A stretch of DNA of 64,000 nucleotides from Candidatus Krumholzibacteriia bacterium (GTDB lineage Bacteria > Krumholzibacteriota > Krumholzibacteriia > Krumholzibacteriales > Krumholzibacteriaceae). Shown here piece after piece: positions 9,559-19,102 of this stretch. The translations under genes were made by a program, and so were the position numbers. The notes beneath the pieces are model-generated. The model was given only the letters and a program-made list of their open reading frames with translations. It was not told the origin of the DNA and ran no database searches. How positions within the stretch are numbered: position 1 is the first letter of the stretch; each line of letters opens with the position of its first letter. The DNA lies in NCBI GenBank assembly GCA_023131975.1, contig JAGLYV010000066.1, forward strand, positions 1 to 64,000. The letters are read 5' to 3'.

Positions 9559-10929
9559 TTAGAACAGGAAGTAAATGAACAAGGTTATAAACACTGTCGA
9601 AATGGCGGTGATTATCGAGCCGCCCTTTATCATATCGCTCACCTTGACGTAGCCAGAACCGTAGGCGATAGCGTTTGGCGGCGTGCTTATGGGAAGTATC
9701 ATGGCAGCTGAGGCGGCAATGGCGACCGTGACCGCGCTCGTCTCCGGAGCTACGGCCGCGATCCCTGTCACTATCGGCATCAACAGGTTGGCTGTCGCGC
9801 TGTTGGAAATAAAAGTAGTCATCACCGCAGCCGCGGTAGCGAAGAGCAGCAGTATGAGGAATATCTCCATTCCCGCGAACGGGATCAGGCCGACGATCCA
9901 GTCGGCGAGGCCGCTTTGTTTCATGGCCACTCCGAGGCTCATTCCGCCCCCGATGATAAAGAGGATCCCCCAGCCCATTTCCTTCAGGTCGTCGTCGCCG
10001 AGAAGGCCCAGTCCGAAAAATACGACAAGGGGGATGATCGCTACGATCGACGAAGGTATTCCATGGATACCTCCGGTCAGCCAGAGGAGGACGACGACGG
10101 CAAAGACTACAAGGATGAATATCGATTTGTGGTCCAGTCTTTCCTCGTCCGCCGGGATCGACATATTAATATTCTTTACCCCTGCCGGGAAGAGCCTGCA
10201 GAGCAGGACCCAGCACGTGGCGAGAAGTACTATTACGACCGGGATTCCCCGGAGCATCCAGCCGGCGAAAGACATTCCCCGGCCCATCTGTTCGAGGATG
10301 CCCATGGCTATCGCGTTTGGCGGTGTGCCTATGGGTGTTCCGATCCCCCCGATATTCGCCGCGAAAGGTATACCGAGAATGATCGCTTTTCTGAACGGTT
10401 CTTCATGCGGAAAGGACTTGATGACGGGAATGGCCACCGCGATCATCAGCGCGGTCGTAGCCGTATTGGACATCCACATGGAAAGAAAGGCCGTTGTGAC
10501 CATCATACCGAGAAGGACGCGAGATGGCCTTGTCCCGACGTGGCGGAGGATGGATCTCGATATCCTTTCGTCCAGGCCGTACCTTTTGACGGCGCTAGCC
10601 ATCACAAAGCCTCCGAGGAAGAGCAGGACGACCGACCCGAAGAACGGGGTCAGAAATATAGTGTAGCCGCTTTTATCCAGCCCCAGGGGACCGCCGTTTC
10701 TGCCGAGAAAGACTACTTCCAGGAAGACGATGATGAAAGATGTGACATAAAGCGGAAAAGGTTCGATTATCCAGAGAAGGGCAGCCGTAGTGAAGATCCC
10801 GAAGGTTATACGTCCCGCGTCGCTCAATCCGTCCGGGTGAATCAGTGTGACGGCGTATCCGGCAGAAAGAGCGATCGCTAGTATAACGATTGTTTTGATG
10901 TTTTTCGGAGTCAGGATCTCAAGATTCAT
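9559..10929 (-). CDS. DASS/SLC13-family anion:sodium symporter (CitT/ArsB-type permease superfamily).
   Basis: Polytopic membrane protein with the signature WMSNTATTALM and a duplicated hairpin region (SNSATANLLMPI). Start moved to the internal ATG at 10929 (MNLEIL...) because the longer ORF would overlap the PAP2 gene by 55 nt. Confidence 0.75.
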   Translation of the reverse strand: MNLEILTPKNIKTIVILAIALSAGYAVTLIHPDGLSDAGRITFGIFTTAALLWIIEPFPLYVTSFIIVFLEVVFLGRNGGPLGLDKSGYTIFLTPFFGSVVLLFLGGFVMASAVKRYGLDERISRSILRHVGTRPSRVLLGMMVTTAFLSMWMSNTATTALMIAVAIPVIKSFPHEEPFRKAIILGIPFAANIGGIGTPIGTPPNAIAMGILEQMGRGMSFAGWMLRGIPVVIVLLATCWVLLCRLFPAGVKNINMSIPADEERLDHKSIFILVVFAVVVLLWLTGGIHGIPSSIVAIIPLVVFFGLGLLGDDDLKEMGWGILFIIGGGMSLGVAMKQSGLADWIVGLIPFAGMEIFLILLLFATAAAVMTTFISNSATANLLMPIVTGIAAVAPETSAVTVAIAASAAMILPISTPPNAIAYGSGYVKVSDMIKGGSIITAISTVFITLFIYFLF

Positions 10930-11624
10930 TACCTCTCTCCTGGAGTCTTCGCCTGTTTTTTCCGGGCGGGGTGGTAGATCCATTTGAACGCGGTCCAGGC
11001 CAGGAAGGCCAGTGTGGTACCGATAGCCATTCCCGCAAGGACGTCGAGAGGCCAGTGGACGCCGATGTAGATCCGGGAATAGGAAACGGCAAATGCTACT
11101 ATCAGCAGGTATATAAGACTTTTCCGGTAGACCAGTCCGAGAAATACCATGGCTCCTGTCATGTTGGCCGCGTGGTTGGAAGGAAATGAGAATGATGATT
11201 TATAGCTTCGAACGACCTCCGCGGGTGTGGTTATCCACCCTTCGACGCCGTGCCAGAAGTGGACGTTGCCCAGGACTTCGCATGGTCTCATTCTTCCCAC
11301 AAGTGGTTTTATGAGCGAAGCGCAAAGCTGGTCCGATGCCGCGACGAGTGGGATCATCATGAAGGCTGCCCACCGGCCTTTTGCCTTACCGAAGATCACC
11401 AGTGCCACCCACACGATGACAAGGACGATCCTCCACTTTCTGAAGTCGGTTACTATGGGCATCAGGAAATCGAAGAATGGGTTTGCCGCTTTTCCGTTGA
11501 GGAGCCGGAAAGCGCCCAGGTCGGGCGCGGTGATGTCGTCCGTTTCCGCGGCTGACGCGAAAATCGGAAAAAATGTCATCATGACAAGTACGGCCGGAAT
11601 AAATATCAGTATTCTGAAATTCAT
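10929..11624 (-). CDS. PAP2-family membrane phosphatase (phosphatidic acid/undecaprenyl-PP phosphatase-like).
   Basis: Three PAP2 motifs: KPLVGRMRP (KxxxxxxRP), FPSNHA (PSGH-like), SRIYIGVHWPLDV (SRxxxxxHxxxD). Stop codon overlaps the start of the downstream transporter. Confidence 0.8.
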   Translation of the reverse strand: MNFRILIFIPAVLVMMTFFPIFASAAETDDITAPDLGAFRLLNGKAANPFFDFLMPIVTDFRKWRIVLVIVWVALVIFGKAKGRWAAFMMIPLVAASDQLCASLIKPLVGRMRPCEVLGNVHFWHGVEGWITTPAEVVRSYKSSFSFPSNHAANMTGAMVFLGLVYRKSLIYLLIVAFAVSYSRIYIGVHWPLDVLAGMAIGTTLAFLAWTAFKWIYHPARKKQAKTPGER

Positions 11625-11684
11625 CGTTCGAATATCGCATCATTTTACGGAAAAAACAAGGTCGTTTCCCCGGGGGGGTGCCTG

Positions 11685-12374
11685 TCAGTACGATCTGTTT
11701 TTTTCTGCGTGGGGCAACTCGACAAGCCTGCTCGATATTTCGAATCCGCCTACGACCGAATAGAGGGCAGAACCCCTGATCTCAAACGGCAGTTCGACGA
11801 GTCTCGGGGGTGAAGTGGCATTGAGATGGACGTCTTTCAGAAAATCCCCACTTTCCTGAATCGATTCAGGCAGGGTGGCGATGAATATGAAGTCCATCAG
11901 CTGAACGGCCTCCTCGGGATGAAGGGCGCACATGACGGGCCGCCCCGGGTCTTCGGCCCGTACGAGACGGAACGGGGGCTGTTTTCTGGTGAGCAGTTTC
12001 CCTATCTTCAGATACGCGAAGGTGTTGGTCGCCTGGAAGGCTGGGACGAAGATGCTGTATCTGTCGTGGCTTTCGATCCTGTCGAGCAGATAGTTCAGTT
12101 CGCTTCCCGGTAGGACCTCCCGGGCCTGACTGATCCCGTGTCTGAGCAGGTGTGAGTCGATCGGGATGATCCAGAATGGCAGAAGCAGGGTCTCGGTTTC
12201 GGAATCACCGGGAGCGGGAGATCTGAATACCTGCAGGGGCTCGAGGCCGGAGCCGGTAATGATCCAGTACCGGAAACAGGTCTCGCACTGGAAAGTGATA
12301 TAACGTCCCATTACGGGAAGCTCAGTGCCACAATGTCCGCATCTTAAATGCCTGACTATGAATTCTCCACTCAT
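11685..12374 (-). CDS. Zinc-ribbon protein (paralog family with the two upstream genes). Last gene of the SPFH/Zn-ribbon operon.
   Basis: N-terminal CxxC...CxxC (CGHCGTELPVMGRYITFQCETC) followed by an LPFWIIPID motif shared with the IPFWRMNGR/IPFVMIE motif of upstream paralogs. 1-nt intergenic gap to the upstream gene. Confidence 0.5.
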   Translation of the reverse strand: MSGEFIVRHLRCGHCGTELPVMGRYITFQCETCFRYWIITGSGLEPLQVFRSPAPGDSETETLLLPFWIIPIDSHLLRHGISQAREVLPGSELNYLLDRIESHDRYSIFVPAFQATNTFAYLKIGKLLTRKQPPFRLVRAEDPGRPVMCALHPEEAVQLMDFIFIATLPESIQESGDFLKDVHLNATSPPRLVELPFEIRGSALYSVVGGFEISSRLVELPHAEKNRSY

Positions 12375-12375
12375 A

Positions 12376-13437
12376 TCACAACTCCCCTCCGAACCATGTT
12401 TCCAGCCTGCCCTTCATCCATCTCAGGGGGGGGATGAATGCCCCGGTGTGAAAGGTATCGAAAATGTACAGTGCCGCCAGGGAGATAGCGATAAGAGGCG
12501 CCCAGGTAAAGGCCATGATCGCTGCCGCCGCGGGGACATAGAACATGCTCCTGAAATCTACATGTTTTCGTTTCGGATAATTGCCTCTGATGACTTTTCC
12601 GTCGTTTCCATCTACTGTGATCGAATAGATGATTCCCCTGTGACGGTACCGCATCATGTATATCGGATAGTAGTACAGCGAGAAGTCATTGTCGAAGATC
12701 CTGAACCTGCTTGCCCGGACGATCGATCCGCTTGGAGTGGTAAGACTCGACAGGTATTTGAACCCGTTTTTTTCGGCGATCTTTCGGGGTTTCATCGGCA
12801 GGGCTATATTCACTTTCTTTTTCAGGTCGTGATCGAATTTGTCCCAGTCGAGGCTGCGGGCCCTGAGTGATATGCCCTGAAGGCCCAGGTGCCGCATCGA
12901 GCAGGCGGGAGTCGACCAGTCTACATGTTTGAATACGAGCCTGGAGAATGGGGTCCTCTCCTCCACTGTTTTATAGTTGGTTTTTACGCCATGCGCGGAC
13001 GGCGTGAGGACCTCGACCTGTCTTCTTGTAACCTTTTCACCGCAGACCCAGCCGACCAGTCTGCCGTTCATCCGCCAGAATGGAATGTTTATCAGTTGTA
13101 TGTCGAGTATAGAGGCATGTCTGGCTTTTACGCGGCCATTGGTCTTTTCGCCGAGGTAATGAAGTGCTTCAAGCCGGGCCTTTCCGGCCGAGATCTTCGG
13201 CGGGAGATAGAACCCGCGGACGCCCATGGGGCGCGTGATGTAAAGAGCCGATCCGCAATATTGACACTTTATACTCTTTTCACCTTCATGGACCCTGATC
13301 GATCCTCCGCATTCAGGGCAGGTGACTCCGAATGTCTCGCTGGAGTGTTGCTCGGGAGCATCTCCTGAGCCTTCGTCGTGTGATTCGTATGTTCCGGTCG
13401 ATTCAAGGGTGTCGACGGCCCCGATCCCATCATTCAT
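12376..13437 (-). CDS. Zinc-ribbon protein with a C-terminal transmembrane anchor (paralog family).
   Basis: Acidic N-terminal tail, then CPECGGSIRVHEGEKSIKCQYCGS zinc ribbon, then ARLEALHYLGEK...INIPFWRMNGR, then a C-terminal TM (VPAAAAIMAFTWAPLIAISLAALYIF). Overlaps the upstream gene by 8 nt. Confidence 0.5.
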   Translation of the reverse strand: MNDGIGAVDTLESTGTYESHDEGSGDAPEQHSSETFGVTCPECGGSIRVHEGEKSIKCQYCGSALYITRPMGVRGFYLPPKISAGKARLEALHYLGEKTNGRVKARHASILDIQLINIPFWRMNGRLVGWVCGEKVTRRQVEVLTPSAHGVKTNYKTVEERTPFSRLVFKHVDWSTPACSMRHLGLQGISLRARSLDWDKFDHDLKKKVNIALPMKPRKIAEKNGFKYLSSLTTPSGSIVRASRFRIFDNDFSLYYYPIYMMRYRHRGIIYSITVDGNDGKVIRGNYPKRKHVDFRSMFYVPAAAAIMAFTWAPLIAISLAALYIFDTFHTGAFIPPLRWMKGRLETWFGGEL

Positions 13438-14131
13438 TTCCCATCACTCTTTCGCGGATGCTGAATATGGCGTACGCGATGGTCGAAACGATGATGATCA
13501 ATCCGATGCGGCTGCTCCATCCGCTCATGAAGCGTCCAGCCATCAGGAGTCCGGTGAAAATGGATCCCGCGGCGATCATGTTGGGGATGCTCAGTGGCGC
13601 GGGCATCCCGTGCGGAAGTCCTTTTGCCAGAACGAGCAGGCTCCCACCTATGACGAGAGCCCTGAATTTCCTTCCTACCGCCCGGTAACTTATCCTGTAC
13701 ACAGGCAGATGAAGGGTTTTGTGAGCGTCGGCCGGAGTCTCTTTGACAGGGTGAAACTTTTCATCTGAGGTAAGGGCCTCGTCGAAGAAAGAATAGTTCC
13801 CTGCCGGGGGAAAGGGAATGGGCATTGCCCATGACGGGGCGCCAGGGGCAGGCATCGTCTGCATCTTTCCCCTGTCATTTTCAATCATCACGAATGGGAT
13901 ATATGAAAACTCTATTTTCATGTCCTTGGGACGCGCCAGTTTTTTTTCTGTAAGCAGCGATCTCAGTGCTTCTCCAGCAACCTTGTCGTTACGCTCGTGG
14001 GGCAGGATCAGATGCTCCGGCCCGTCCTGTTTTTCGACAGCAAGCGACGAACCGCAATACTCGCAGAAGAGCATCTCCTGACCGGGATGGATCTTGTTTT
14101 CACCACCACAGAGGCTGCACTGGACATTCAT
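13430..14131 (-). CDS. Zinc-ribbon protein with two C-terminal TM helices (paralog family).
   Basis: CSLCGGENKIHPGQEMLFCEYCGS zinc ribbon; AGEALRSLLTEKK...YIPFVMIEN region alignable with 12376-13437; two C-terminal TM segments. 3-nt gap from the SPFH gene. Confidence 0.5.
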   Translation of the reverse strand: MNVQCSLCGGENKIHPGQEMLFCEYCGSSLAVEKQDGPEHLILPHERNDKVAGEALRSLLTEKKLARPKDMKIEFSYIPFVMIENDRGKMQTMPAPGAPSWAMPIPFPPAGNYSFFDEALTSDEKFHPVKETPADAHKTLHLPVYRISYRAVGRKFRALVIGGSLLVLAKGLPHGMPAPLSIPNMIAAGSIFTGLLMAGRFMSGWSSRIGLIIIVSTIAYAIFSIRERVMGNE

Positions 14132-14134
14132 CTA

Positions 14135-15277
14135 CTATTCTTCCACCTTTTCTCCGCAGTTCGTGCAGAATTTCGTGCCGTGCGGCAGGGTGGTGTCGCA
14201 ATGAGGGCAGGACAGTTCCGCCCCGAGCTTGTGGCCGCAGCCGCTGCAGAATTGTGCTTCCGTGGGGAGTTCTATCCCGCAATCGGGGCACTTGTTCATC
14301 GTGACGAGCTGTGTTCCGCAGTTCTGGCAGAATCTGGAATCGGCCATTACCTCGTTATGACATTTGTGGCACTGCAGGACTTCGACTGCTGTCCCACCGC
14401 CGCGCTGCGGTGTCATGACAGTCTGGGCGAGCATTCCCGGTATCATCATTCCGAGGCCTGCTCCCACACCTACACCCATTCCACCAGCGGCTGCCGCTCC
14501 CGCGCCGCCTCCGCCGCCACCGCTTGACGCGGCGTCGCCCATGGCCTTTGCCGCTTTGAATTTGAAGAAATCGTCGAGATTGCCGACCGCCTGAAGGCCG
14601 CTTCTCTCATCGATCATCTTCTGGACCTCTGGAGGGGGGGTGATCGAATTGATGAAGAAATCGGTCAGTTCCATGCCGTATTTCGAGAAGTCGTTGACAA
14701 GGCGCTCCTGCAGTTCGACAGCCAGTTCGTCGTAGAACTGGGGGAGCTCGAAGATCGAATCGAGTTTTTCACCGAAGAGATCGTTCATGCGGGCAACGAC
14801 TACGTCTCGAAGGTAGTCCCCGATCATCTGGCTCGTGTAGACGCCCTGCGTTCCGACTACGGAATTTATAAATAGCATCGGTTCTTTTATCTTGAACGTA
14901 TACACACCGAAGGCGCGAAGCCTTACCAGTCCGAGCTTACTGTCCTTGAACGCAACGGGATCTTTCGTTCCCCATTTCTGGTTCAGGAAAGTCTTCATGT
15001 TGGCGAAATAGACCTCTGCCCTGAAGGGGCTCTTGAATCCCCAGGGAAGGGCGAGGATCTTGGTGAGTATCGGGAGGTTTTTCGTCGTCAGTGTGTGGCG
15101 ACCCGCTCCAAAGAGGTCGAGTCCTTTTCCGTCTTTGAAAAAGACGCAGGCCTGATTGTCTCTGACGATCAGTTGTGCCCCCATCTTGATCTCGGCCGAT
15201 CCTTCGGGTGGTAACCTATGGACGATCTCTTCGCCTGTCTCGTCGAACCACTCAAGTACTTCCATGAACTGCGACAT
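14135..15277 (-). CDS. SPFH/Band-7 family protein (Band_7_1, COG4260-like) with three C-terminal zinc ribbons and a Gly/Ala-rich linker.
   Basis: SPFH core ([33 protein letters not shown]...), a poly-Gly/Ala linker, then CHKCHN...CQNCG, CPDCG...CSGCG and CPHCD...CTNCG. Start set at ATG 15277 (MSQFMEV), preceded by GGAGGAGAG. The longer ORF to 15388 or a start at 15298 are alternatives. Confidence 0.7.
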   Translation of the reverse strand: MSQFMEVLEWFDETGEEIVHRLPPEGSAEIKMGAQLIVRDNQACVFFKDGKGLDLFGAGRHTLTTKNLPILTKILALPWGFKSPFRAEVYFANMKTFLNQKWGTKDPVAFKDSKLGLVRLRAFGVYTFKIKEPMLFINSVVGTQGVYTSQMIGDYLRDVVVARMNDLFGEKLDSIFELPQFYDELAVELQERLVNDFSKYGMELTDFFINSITPPPEVQKMIDERSGLQAVGNLDDFFKFKAAKAMGDAASSGGGGGGAGAAAAGGMGVGVGAGLGMMIPGMLAQTVMTPQRGGGTAVEVLQCHKCHNEVMADSRFCQNCGTQLVTMNKCPDCGIELPTEAQFCSGCGHKLGAELSCPHCDTTLPHGTKFCTNCGEKVEE

Positions 15278-15830
15278 CTCTCCTCCATTCGCTATCATGT
15301 CTCTCAGTAATTTTCGATAGTATGCCAGGCAATAGTTGCCACCAGTCATGCAGCAATCATGGTGCCAAAGAGAAACATTCACAGTCATTTATCCGTAATA
15401 CCATCTGACAGGAAAGACGATCTGGCTGGTATGGTGTAACTATAATAATTTCACGGGGTTTGCCCCTGTGGCCAGCGATTTCCCGGTGAGACTGCGGTAT
15501 GGGTATGCATTTTGCTTGTATCTGCCCCTGCATGATTGAAGTCCTTTCCGGGGTAGATAAGCGGCAAGTATTCGTACAGCCGCTCAGGTTTTTAGCCATC
15601 GTAAGGAAGGGCGGTAATGATATTTTTCTTGCCATGATCTTGAGCGTGGGCAAGAATGTTCAGAAGTGACAGACGACATACAACACGTGCTGAAGAGACA
15701 CGTAGCAGGATTTTGAAACAAAAAGGTAAAGGAGAGCAAAGGAGGTGGTCGATCGCCTGGGCCCTGGAGGCCGTAATTGGAACTGGAAAGTGAATCAGTT
15801 TTGTTATTCAGTTTTTCAAGGAGATATCTA

Positions 15831-16430
15831 ATGAAGCGTTTTATTATTGCTATGGCACTCGTAGTTTTCATGACCGGCGCCGTTTCGGCGGAAGGTATGA
15901 TGTTCGGTATAAAGGGTGGACTTAACATGGCGAATATCACCGGTGATCTTGAAGATACCAAGATGAAGATGGCGTTCGGCGGCGGCGTATGGGTGAACTT
16001 TGCTGTCACCGAGACTTTCAGTATTCAGCCGGAACTCTTCCTGATGAATAAAGGCGTAAAAGCTGATATCGATGAAGATGCAGGGATCAAGCTCAGCTAT
16101 ATCGATATTCCGATCCTTGGTAAATTTTCGGTTCCCACAGAAGGAAATTTTGGTTTCAATTTCTTCGGTGGCCCCTATATCGGATTCCTGATGTCAGCGG
16201 AAGCATACTACGAGGATGAAGAAGAGGACATAAAGGATTTCACGGAAAGCCTCGATTACGGTCTCGTTTTCGGAGCCGGTTTTGATTACATGCTCGAATC
16301 GGGCTGCATCACCTTCGACGCAAGGTATGCACTCGGACTTGCCAACCTTGCCAAGGATGATGAGGGTGATGATGAGTCCATCAAAAATGCAGGTATTCAG
16401 ATACTCGTCGGTTACGGCTTCGCTTTCTAG
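15831..16430 (+). CDS. Outer-membrane beta-barrel protein (OmpW/OMP_b-brl-type small porin-like).
   Basis: Signal peptide (MKRFIIAMALVVFMTGAVSA), alternating amphipathic beta-strands, C-terminal aromatic terminus ...VGYGFAF. GGAG Shine-Dalgarno 8 nt upstream of ATG 15831; the ORF track begins earlier at 15777. Confidence 0.7.
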   Translation: MKRFIIAMALVVFMTGAVSAEGMMFGIKGGLNMANITGDLEDTKMKMAFGGGVWVNFAVTETFSIQPELFLMNKGVKADIDEDAGIKLSYIDIPILGKFSVPTEGNFGFNFFGGPYIGFLMSAEAYYEDEEEDIKDFTESLDYGLVFGAGFDYMLESGCITFDARYALGLANLAKDDEGDDESIKNAGIQILVGYGFAF

Positions 16431-16495
16431 AAAGCTCTTCGAGTAGATGCGCGTTGGATGTATGACAGCATTCGATGACGCTTGAAAATGATAGA

Positions 16496-16524
16496 GGCAC
16501 GGTGCGAAAGCGCCGTGCCTTTTC
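16496..16524 (+). terminator. Rho-independent terminator after the OMP gene.
   Basis: GGCACGGUGCG-aaag-CGCCGUGCC stem (about 9 bp, one G-U pair) followed by UUUUCU. Confidence 0.6.
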
Positions 16525-16745
16525 TATGACAGGTGCCAGGCCGATCGGATCAGCGGGCGGGTACAGGCCAGCAGGTGGCCTGTCCGATATTCTTGCCTTG
16601 TAAACCTCCATGTAAATGACGATAATCTGTTATCTCAGGGTCGACGTGCCCGAAACTTGCATCGAGTCCCTTTCGGTCAGAAAGGATCGGATTGACTGGA
16701 GATAACAGCAGCGCTGGGAAAAACAGAAATGATGAAAGTTCAGGT

Positions 16746-17880
16746 ATGGACAAGAGGATCCGCGTCTGCGTGATGATGCCGAAATTCCACATCGGCGGCG
16801 CCGAGGTGCAGGTGATGGGTCTTCTCAGGAATATCGACAGGTCCAGATTTGCCGTTCATCTCTGCCTCTTCGGCCACGGAGTCAGTGAAATGGAAGAGGA
16901 AGCATCCAGCCTGGTAGAAGAGATATATTACCTTGATTTCAGGTGGAGATACCTGCCTGTCAGTTTCCTGAAGCTTGTAAAATATCTGCAGGACGGCAGA
17001 TTCGATGTGCTTCACGCCCACCTTGCCTTTGCCGACCTGATAGGAAGGATCGTGGCCTGGATGGCTGGAGTGCCGATCAGGATAACGACCGAGCATGGCA
17101 AGGGACTGTGGAAATCCGGATTCCAGGTGATGATCGAGCAGGCGATGAACAGGATCACCGACATGCGGATCTGCGTCAGCCGGGATATATTGAGGATCAG
17201 GAAAGAGCGTGAACATACGGACGGTTCGAAGCTGGCCTATATTCCGAACGCGGTGGATACATCTTCCTTTGGTGGGGCCCGCAGGAGTAAAGCAGATATC
17301 ATGAAGGAGTTCGGGTGGGATCCCGCCGCTCCTCTCGTACTCTCGGTAGGGAGAGTGGTAGAGGCCAAGAACTATCCTCTGCTGGTCCGGGCAGTCTCGG
17401 ATCTATCCAGAAAAATACCTGAAGTAAAATGCCTGATCGCCGGTGACGGAAGATGTCGCGGCGAGGTAGAGACAGCAATAACAGAGGACGGACTCGAAAA
17501 TACGGTCCGACTGGCCGGATCGAGAAACGACATCGCCGACCTGCTTGGGGCGGCCGATCTTTTTGTATTATCCTCCGACCGGGAGGGATTGCCGGTGACT
17601 CTTCTTGAGGCGATGGCTTCAGAGACACCGATAGTCTCGACCGACGTAGGAGGCATCTCCGAGGCGGTCAGCGACCGCGAGAGCGCGTTGCTGGTTCCGG
17701 GCCGGGGATATCAGCGCGTTGGCCGCAGCGATGGAAGATGTGCTTTCCGATCCCGATCTGGCTGCCCGGTTGACGGAAAAGGCACGCGAAATCGTAAAGG
17801 ACAGGTTCAGCATCCTGTCGACTTCGATGGAAGTCCAGGATATATACGAAAAACTGTACAGGGAGAAGCGGCAGATATGA
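16746..17880 (+). pseudogene. GT4 (group 1) glycosyltransferase with an apparent single-base frameshift near 17700-17715. The C-terminal 57 codons are in another frame; this may be an assembly error.
   Basis: Frame A reads a GT4 N-terminal domain (MDKRIRVCVMMPKFHIGGAEVQV...) and catalytic domain (EGLPVTLLEAMASETPIVSTDVGGISE...ALLVPGRG). The conserved continuation DISALAAAMEDVLSDPDLAARLTEKAREIVKDRFS...YREKRQI-stop is found in the +1 frame, ending at TGA 17878-17880. The shift falls in the run ccgggccgggg. The track ORF 16692-19085 reads through into the next gene. Confidence 0.55.
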
Positions 17881-19085
17881 CCAAGCCTGAAGCAGTCCCG
17901 GTCGTCATGTATCACGGAGTCGCGCCGGACAGGCCCGAATGGATCTGGAATCATCTTGTCACGCCTGTCGATGTGTTCGATGGGCAGATGAAAGCTCTGA
18001 AAGAAAACGGCTGGAACACGATCACGCTCAAACAGCTCTATTCACATATGAAAGATGGCGACCCACTGCCCAAAAAACCGGTCGTATTGACATTCGACGA
18101 CGGCTACCTGGACAACTGGGTATATGCATATCCTATCCTGAAGAAATATGGTCATCATGCCGTGATCTGGATGACTACCGATTTTATTGATCCATGCCCT
18201 GATCCCCGTCCCAGGATGGACGATGCCGGTATAGATGGTAGTCATGAAAAGGGCCTGGAGAGTCTGGGTTTTCTCTCGTTTGCCGAGATGAGGGTGATGG
18301 AGGAATCGGGCCATGCCGAGATCCAGAGCCATGCCTTGACACATACATGGTATTTCTCGGGAGAGAAGATACTCGATTATCACAGACCTGCCGGAAAAGA
18401 TGGATATGATCCGCTTCCCTGGCTTTCATGGAACGCGGTACCTGAGAAAAAATACGAGTATATGTCGAGAGATCTCAGCGGAGACCTGCCCTTCGGTTCT
18501 CCTGTATACAAGCACGAAAGAGCGTTGGTGGTGAGAAAGTATTTCGACGATGAAAATCTGGCGAGACGCCTTGCCGCGCATGTAGCCGCGCATGGAGGTG
18601 CCGGCTTTTTCGACATGCCCGTATGGAGGGGCGAGCTGGATGAACTGGTGACGAATTACGGATCTCCGGCAGGCAGGTACGAGACCGATGAGGAATATGA
18701 GGACAGGGTAAGACATGAACTTGCCGGATCCCGCAGTATCCTTTCCCGTGGACTCGGCCGTGATATAGATTTTCTCTGCTGGCCTGGAGGAGGGTTCAAC
18801 GATACGACCTTGAGGATCGCCTCGGAAGAGGGTTGCCTGGCTACCACCACAGACTATCATACGCCGGGAAGGAAGAATGTCCACGGAGAAAGGCCCGACA
18901 GGATAAACCGAATAGGATGCGCTTCGCCATGGATGTGGAGGGGTAATGTATCTATCAAAAATACCGACCCCGGTTTTTTCATCGCCTCGCTGGACGGATT
19001 CACGGGAAAAAAAAGGTCGATTTGGAAAATGCGCTGTTATAAGATTAAATACCTGATCAGATATTTTTTGACTGGAAACAAATAA
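17877..19085 (+). CDS. Polysaccharide deacetylase (CE4/NodB homology domain).
   Basis: ATG 17877 overlaps the GT4 stop (ATGA). NodB motifs TFDDGY, HAVIWMTTDF, SHALTH. About 400 aa, typical of CE4 proteins with extra domains. Confidence 0.75.
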   Translation: MTKPEAVPVVMYHGVAPDRPEWIWNHLVTPVDVFDGQMKALKENGWNTITLKQLYSHMKDGDPLPKKPVVLTFDDGYLDNWVYAYPILKKYGHHAVIWMTTDFIDPCPDPRPRMDDAGIDGSHEKGLESLGFLSFAEMRVMEESGHAEIQSHALTHTWYFSGEKILDYHRPAGKDGYDPLPWLSWNAVPEKKYEYMSRDLSGDLPFGSPVYKHERALVVRKYFDDENLARRLAAHVAAHGGAGFFDMPVWRGELDELVTNYGSPAGRYETDEEYEDRVRHELAGSRSILSRGLGRDIDFLCWPGGGFNDTTLRIASEEGCLATTTDYHTPGRKNVHGERPDRINRIGCASPWMWRGNVSIKNTDPGFFIASLDGFTGKKRSIWKMRCYKIKYLIRYFLTGNK

Positions 19086-19102
19086 GAAATGGAATCGTCC
19101 AC

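Noticed and set aside
9683-10881. Long plus-strand ORFs (327 aa and 321 aa, His/Asp/Arg-rich) inside the DASS transporter gene.
   Set aside because: Low-complexity antisense artefacts of a GC-rich membrane-protein gene; the minus strand encodes a coherent polytopic transporter with the MSNTATTALM signature.
16692-19085. Single 797-aa ORF in the track.
   Set aside because: It is a concatenation of the GT4 body, about 60 out-of-frame codons, and the downstream CE4 deacetylase. The real GT4 C-terminus is in the +1 frame ending at 17880, and the deacetylase starts at ATG 17877.
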